A stretch of 11,511 nucleotides of DNA from Pseudobdellovibrionaceae bacterium (GTDB lineage Bacteria > Bdellovibrionota > Bdellovibrionia > Bdellovibrionales > Bdellovibrionaceae), in NCBI GenBank assembly GCA_044359815.1, contig JBIKLL010000082.1:1-11511 (forward strand), written 5' to 3'. The translations under genes and the position numbers were made by a program. Below, one piece after another: positions 7,303-11,511 of this stretch. Under the pieces are notes generated by a model. It was not told the origin of the DNA. It did not search any database and worked only from the letters and a program-made list of their open reading frames with translations. The first letter of the stretch is position 1. Each line of letters opens with the position of its first letter.

Positions 7303-7719
7303 TTATGCAGCTTTTTGAGCTGAAGTTCTGGCCCAAACTTTTTCAAGCTTCATTTTTAAAGTTTGCGCGTTAAAGGGTTTAACAATGTATTCAGAAACAC
7401 CTGATTTTGCGGCTTCGATAATGTTTTTTTGTTCGCTTTCCGCAGTCACCAACATAAAAGGAATATTTTTAAGGTTAGCATCAGCTTTACAGGCCTTAAG
7501 TAGGTCTATGCCGGTCATTCCAGGCATGTTCCAGTCAGAAATAACAAACTGAAAATGTTCATTTTTAGCAGCCGCCGCTTGCAACAGGGCCAGGGCTGGC
7601 TTTCCGTCATCAGCTTCTTCGATCCTTGTGTAACCTAATTCTGACAGAACTTTCTTTACGATTTTTCGCATAGTTGCAAAGTCATCGATGACCAGAAACT
7701 TTGTATCGGATGGAAACAT
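7303..7719 (-). CDS. cheY: CheY-type single-domain response regulator
   Basis: FLVIDDFATMRKIV, ISDWNMPGMTG (phospho-Asp), MLVTAE, YIVKPF. AGGAGA SD at 7724-7729 on the minus strand. Confidence 0.93.
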   Translation of the reverse strand: MFPSDTKFLVIDDFATMRKIVKKVLSELGYTRIEEADDGKPALALLQAAAAKNEHFQFVISDWNMPGMTGIDLLKACKADANLKNIPFMLVTAESEQKNIIEAAKSGVSEYIVKPFNAQTLKMKLEKVWARTSAQKAA

Positions 7720-7765
7720 AATATCTCCTAGTTGGTTCCAGAGTTGCTAAATTTTACCTCATGAC

Positions 7766-7793
7766 TCTTCGGTCTAGTTTTTGAAAAACTATA
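7766..7793 (-). promoter_or_regulatory. Candidate sigma28 (FliA) promoter for cheY-cheX with overlapping palindrome
   Basis: Minus strand reads TATAGTTT-N12-ACCGAAGA vs consensus TAAAGTTT-N11-GCCGATAA. Palindrome TAGTTTTT-G-AAAAACTA at 7775-7791. Confidence 0.4.
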
Positions 7794-7860
7794 GTCCAAT
7801 ACTATTGCGTTCAAAATGGAATCCTGTCAGACTTTTTGATGGGAGCAGTTGTCTATTAAT

Positions 7861-7874
7861 GAAACAATTGTTTC
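7861..7874. promoter_or_regulatory. Perfect 14-bp palindrome, candidate operator
   Basis: GAAACAATTGTTTC lies in the middle of the cheY/luxR divergent intergenic region. Confidence 0.4.
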
Positions 7875-8032
7875 TTAAAAAACCTTTCAAAAGGCCAGCA
7901 CCGGGGTGGGATTGAAGGGTTTGCAGACAGCCTAAAGGAGACATGGACTAATAACTAACAAGACATACGGATGATGGATTAACCGGCAAGTCAATTATCA
8001 GTGTCTTTAAGATAAAAGGGGAGGGAGCAAGG

Positions 8033-8422
8033 ATGCTCAGAGACGTATTAATACAAAAAGGACTTTCGAACAGAGAAGCTGAAGTAGCTGAACTAGTATC
8101 AAAAGGTCTTTCAAACAAGGAAGTTGCCAATCAGCTTTTCGTAACAGAAAAGACTGTAAAATTTCACCTTACTAACATCTATAAAAAGATGAATGTGAAA
8201 TCACGAGCTCAATTAATCGTATGGTGTTTGCCACACCTTGGATTCGTCGAAAGCGAAAACAAAGGGAACGAACAAGCTATACAAGCGGCAAACAACAATG
8301 CCAACGCAACACAGGTTATCCCCGCTGGAAACGCTACTGTTGGTGGACCGCAAATCATCCCAGGTCGCAATAACGACATCAGTGGTCGTGGCGGCAATGG
8401 CGATGTCGGCATCGGAATGTAA
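8033..8422 (+). CDS. LuxR/GerE-type HTH transcriptional regulator (no receiver domain) with low-complexity tail
   Basis: LSNREAEVAELVSKGLSNKEVANQLFVTEKTVKFHLTNIYKKMNVKSRAQL. SD GGGGAGG upstream. Confidence 0.93.
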   Translation: MLRDVLIQKGLSNREAEVAELVSKGLSNKEVANQLFVTEKTVKFHLTNIYKKMNVKSRAQLIVWCLPHLGFVESENKGNEQAIQAANNNANATQVIPAGNATVGGPQIIPGRNNDISGRGGNGDVGIGM

Positions 8423-8447
8423 TTGATAAAAGGGCATGGCTGCTTGA

Positions 8448-8921
8448 GTGCAATCTGAAAAGCCGGTTTCAGCATCTGAAGTAGTCATGACCGAATTGGT
8501 TTTACCAGTTCACACAAACTCCCTCGGGTCTATCTTCGGGGGAGTTATTATGTCTTGGATAGATATCTGTGCCGCAATCTGTGCACAAAGACACTCAAAC
8601 AAATCTGTAGTCACTGCCTCGATCGATCGTTTAGATTTCGTCGCACCTGTTTATAAAGGGTGGGTTGTTAATCTGAAGGCTCATGTTAATTTCACGGGCA
8701 AATCATCCATGGAAATCGGAGTCCGAGTGGATGCTGAAAATCCATCAACGGGCGAAACCTTTCACACAGCATCAGCTTATCTGACATTTGTGGCTTTGGG
8801 ATCCAACGGCAAGCCCACAAATATTCCGCAATTGATTTGCGAAACGCCTGAAGACAAGCGCAGAAACCAAGAAGCTAAAAAACGCCGCAGCGACAGAATT
8901 CAGAACCGGCAAACAAAATAA
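8448..8921 (+). CDS. Acyl-CoA thioesterase, hotdog fold (YciA-like)
   Basis: VLPVHTNSLGSIFGGVIMSWID, VVTASID..DF..PV, GKSSMEIGV, YLTFVAL, RR..A..RR. Confidence 0.92.
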   Translation: MQSEKPVSASEVVMTELVLPVHTNSLGSIFGGVIMSWIDICAAICAQRHSNKSVVTASIDRLDFVAPVYKGWVVNLKAHVNFTGKSSMEIGVRVDAENPSTGETFHTASAYLTFVALGSNGKPTNIPQLICETPEDKRRNQEAKKRRSDRIQNRQTK

Positions 8922-9219
8922 TCCCTAAGTTACTGATATCCTAAAGCAAGAGACAATTTTTGGAACAATTCTGAATAAAAGAAAATCTTTGAGCATATAT
9001 AAAATTAATTGTCTTCAATATGGACGAGATGTCCTGTATTGCATCTGAATGAATTCGTTAAACCTATTAAATTTCTATGATTATTGCCATCGGCACATTG
9101 CCCATTGGCTCCGCAAACACTGGGCTTTCCTGCCCCTGATTATGCGCTTTATGCGTAAAATTTAACAAACTCTTTTGAAATTTAGGTAGAATCAACTTTT
9201 TGAATTAAGGACTTTTGAA

Positions 9220-10416
9220 ATGATTAAATTTATAACAATTTTGATGATTATTTTTTCGGGATTAGTATCCGTACCTGAAACAACTTTTGCCAATGATAAG
9301 GACGTTACAGGTCCCATTGGTGGTCGTATCAGGACCGGAGTGTATGAGGTTCCAAACCCGCAAACTGGAAACATAGACAAGGTTCAGTCTGAAACTCTGT
9401 ATTTTGTGATCGAAGCGGATAAGGACATGAACCAGGCTGATTTGGCAGTCAAAGCCGCCAGAGATTTTCTGCACGAAGAGATCAAGAAAAACCCACATAT
9501 AAAAAAATACACTTTCGTTGTGAATCAGGGACAGGGCAATGTAGATCGTTTTTACACTGATGAGGTGGCAAGAAACAAAATCGCCAGATACATCGGCGCA
9601 GAATCTGCCGAAATAGTTTTTGATGCCTTGCCTGGATCGATCATTGTGAACACTGAGATTTCAAAAGAAAGCTTGGGCCAATACCGCCTGGGACAAAATG
9701 GACAGAAAAAAAGCAAAATGTTGTGGGTGATGGCTGCGACCAGAGCCACAATCAACGGATTAGGTGTGTGGGCAGGATTGAGTTTTTTTCCAGCTGATGG
9801 TTTGCCACCCGAGGTTTCCGTTCCTATGGCCGTAATGTCAGGCATGATGTCAGGATTTTTGATGATCAACAATGTTTGGGTTATCAAATGGTTTTCTGGC
9901 AAAGGGTATATTAAGCCATCTGAAATCCAATCATCAAATTTTCCAGAAACCTTAGTCAAAGACGGTCTGTTAACTCTGGTTTATGTAGGGATAGTTCAGT
10001 TGGTTAGAGGTATTGCCGAAGGAGCTCCGGTTGAATATTTAATTCAAGGGGGGTTTCCATTTATCAACGATGGGATTGTAAAGGCTGTATTGGTAGGCGC
10101 CATATCCGAGGGATTTTGGAATGCCAATATATCTCATGGAACTCACTTGTTGGTTGAAAAATATCCGAAAAAGGCTGATCTGATTTGGCGTTACAGTGCC
10201 ATACCGATGTTTACCCTAAGCGCCTTAGCGACTTTCGGTACAGTGGTGGGTGCAGCAGGATTTCCGATGGGGGATTACATGCTGATTGGCTTAACCGCCA
10301 GTGCAGTGGTTGTGGATTTAGCTTATGTGGGCAATCTTAAAAAATTGTACCAACAAACCAAAGCCTACGCCCGAACATTTACCAACGCCTACAAATGCGA
10401 AGCCGTGTTTTTTTAA
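9220..10416 (+). CDS. Hypothetical exported/membrane protein
   Basis: 398-aa ORF, AAGGA SD, N-terminal signal peptide (..TFA|ND), soluble N-domain, then several Gly-rich hydrophobic segments. Single Cys in C-terminal CEAVFF. Confidence 0.8.
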   Translation: MIKFITILMIIFSGLVSVPETTFANDKDVTGPIGGRIRTGVYEVPNPQTGNIDKVQSETLYFVIEADKDMNQADLAVKAARDFLHEEIKKNPHIKKYTFVVNQGQGNVDRFYTDEVARNKIARYIGAESAEIVFDALPGSIIVNTEISKESLGQYRLGQNGQKKSKMLWVMAATRATINGLGVWAGLSFFPADGLPPEVSVPMAVMSGMMSGFLMINNVWVIKWFSGKGYIKPSEIQSSNFPETLVKDGLLTLVYVGIVQLVRGIAEGAPVEYLIQGGFPFINDGIVKAVLVGAISEGFWNANISHGTHLLVEKYPKKADLIWRYSAIPMFTLSALATFGTVVGAAGFPMGDYMLIGLTASAVVVDLAYVGNLKKLYQQTKAYARTFTNAYKCEAVFF

Positions 10417-10479
10417 ACCCCAAAACTCAATTGGATTGAACAACGGTTTTCGAAACATTTGATCCCTGTTAAAGTCAGG

Positions 10480-10516
10480 GTGGGGTCACTAAATTTGGCC
10501 CCACTAAAGATTTTTG
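10480..10516 (+). terminator. Possible intrinsic terminator
   Basis: GTGGGGTCA (10480-10488) / TGGCCCCAC (10496-10504), 9 bp with one G-U pair, followed by TAAAGATTTTT. Confidence 0.5.
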
Positions 10517-10737
10517 TTCTTCCAGCTCAGGATCGAATCGATTTATAAGGTTCTCCACTAGCAAATTTTATTAGTTTCAAAAAGCTATTTGCTTTAAGAA
10601 ATTCAATCTTAAATAAAATAGGCCGCACTGAATAATATGTGGTTAATAATTTTTTATTTAAAAAATTAAATTTTGAAATTTCGTTCACTTTTATTTTGAT
10701 TTACCTTAAATTAATTTTCTCAAAATAAGGGGGGACG

Positions 10738-11115
10738 ATGAAATTAGTTTTAGCATTTTTAGGTTCTGTTTTTTTCAGTTTGAATGTTTTTGCCGATAGA
10801 AACTTAGCAGTCATTGAGGCTTCAGACATCGTTTGTGAGTCTGAATACAATTTGTTTTCTCTGGAGATAAATTCTTCCAGGGGGACAGTGGTGGTTTTTG
10901 ATAATCTGCAAGGTCGGGTTTCCCATACACTACTGGGGCTTGAAAAATCACAAGTGGGGTCGGTGATTCAGTTGATCAATAATGATGACAGAAATTTGCC
11001 TGAAGGTGTGGTCTTTGAGGTGGATTTTGAAAAATCTGGTTACAATGCCTACTCAGTTGATGATCATGGTTTTAATCCAAAGACGACTAGATACGATTGC
11101 CGAAAGATCGATTAA
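10738..11115 (+). CDS. Small secreted hypothetical protein
   Basis: SD AAGGGGG, Sec signal peptide MKLVLAFLGSVFFSLNVFA, beta-strand-like alternating pattern, two Cys near the ends of the mature protein. Confidence 0.8.
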   Translation: MKLVLAFLGSVFFSLNVFADRNLAVIEASDIVCESEYNLFSLEINSSRGTVVVFDNLQGRVSHTLLGLEKSQVGSVIQLINNDDRNLPEGVVFEVDFEKSGYNAYSVDDHGFNPKTTRYDCRKID

Positions 11116-11137
11116 AACTAAATCCAAGCTTGTGTGA

Positions 11138-11159
11138 GCGATGGGATATAGCCCATCGC
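11138..11159. terminator. GC-rich hairpin between convergent genes, probable terminator
   Basis: GCGATGGG-ATATAG-CCCATCGC, perfect 8-bp stem; weak U-tract. Confidence 0.55.
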
Positions 11160-11274
11160 AGTTTCTGAAAGAAGTTTTTGCCAGCCGATATTCTGTTTCA
11201 TTCAATAATGGATTCAGAAAAGTAATTGTAAACTGGTTTTATCTTCACTGCCGTTAAAAATAGCCAAAAGCTAT

Positions 11275-11511
11275 TCAAAACTGAAAAACTTCTTGTTTGT
11301 ACTTGAGTCGATTATGGATCCCGCAAAGCAATTGCAAATTGGCTCTATCATTGCTCCCGTTAGCCCAACGCGGTTGAATGTGATCCAGCTGCAGCAGGTA
11401 TTTTGATCCACATATTTTACCAGTATTTTTGTTCCGCCACTGGCAGCACTGATCGCGCTGAAAAATCTCCCTTTTTGTTTTGATAGGGATATAAGCCCGA
11501 ACGATTGGCTT
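11275..11511 (-). CDS. HNH endonuclease, C-terminal part (5' end outside window)
   Basis: Manual translation from 11511: KPIVRAYIPIKTKREIFQRDQCCQWRNKNTGKICGSKYLLQLDHIQPRWANGSNDRANLQLLCGIHNRLKYKQEVFQF*. Has RD..C..C, DHI.P, N, C..HN. Not in the ORF track. Confidence 0.9.
   Translation of the reverse strand, partial: KPIVRAYIPIKTKREIFQRDQCCQWRNKNTGKICGSKYLLQLDHIQPRWANGSNDRANLQLLCGIHNRLKYKQEVFQF

Noticed and set aside
7934..7951. Mini-ORF ATG-GAC-TAA after AAAGGAG
   Set aside because: SD-to-ATG spacing is only 2 nt, too short for efficient initiation; better explained as GGA motifs.
9091..9110. Sigma54 promoter at CGGCAC
   Set aside because: No GC at the required GG-N10-GC spacing.
46..9959. 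Short alternative-frame and antisense ORFs in the track (e.g. 759-1022, 2124-2324, 5371-5655, 6757-7047, 8209-8475, 9552-9959, 7948-8130)
   Set aside because: They overlap well-supported genes and show no recognisable motifs; treated as shadow ORFs.
11140..11498. Similarity between hairpin GATGGGATATAGCCC (11140-11154) and GATAGGGATATAAGCCC inside the HNH gene (11482-11498)
   Set aside because: Needs two indels in about 16 nt; compatible with chance.

Overview
Bacterial chromosomal window, about 38-40% GC by eye, probably Bdellovibrionota (inferred from the gene families, not searched). Left to right: an Hpt/CheA-P1-like protein that lacks the phospho-His and has a CheZ-type C-terminal tail; a stand-alone HUH Y1 (IS200/RAYT-like) transposase; a 674-bp AT-rich intergenic region holding a 32-bp tandem array (alternating 16-mers) and a second degenerate repeat; queG with a repeat-derived insertion; a divergent, tightly coupled run of cca, an RDD protein, an MthK-like K+ channel and a stand-alone cNMP-binding protein; cheY-cheX on the minus strand; a LuxR-HTH-only regulator with a GGA-rich leader; a hotdog acyl-CoA thioesterase; two signal-peptide hypotheticals; and the 3' end of an HNH endonuclease that the ORF track missed. 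The best novelty candidates are the transposase with its adjacent repeat array and the His-less Hpt protein with a CheY-binding tail. No rRNA, tRNA or CRISPR array is evident.
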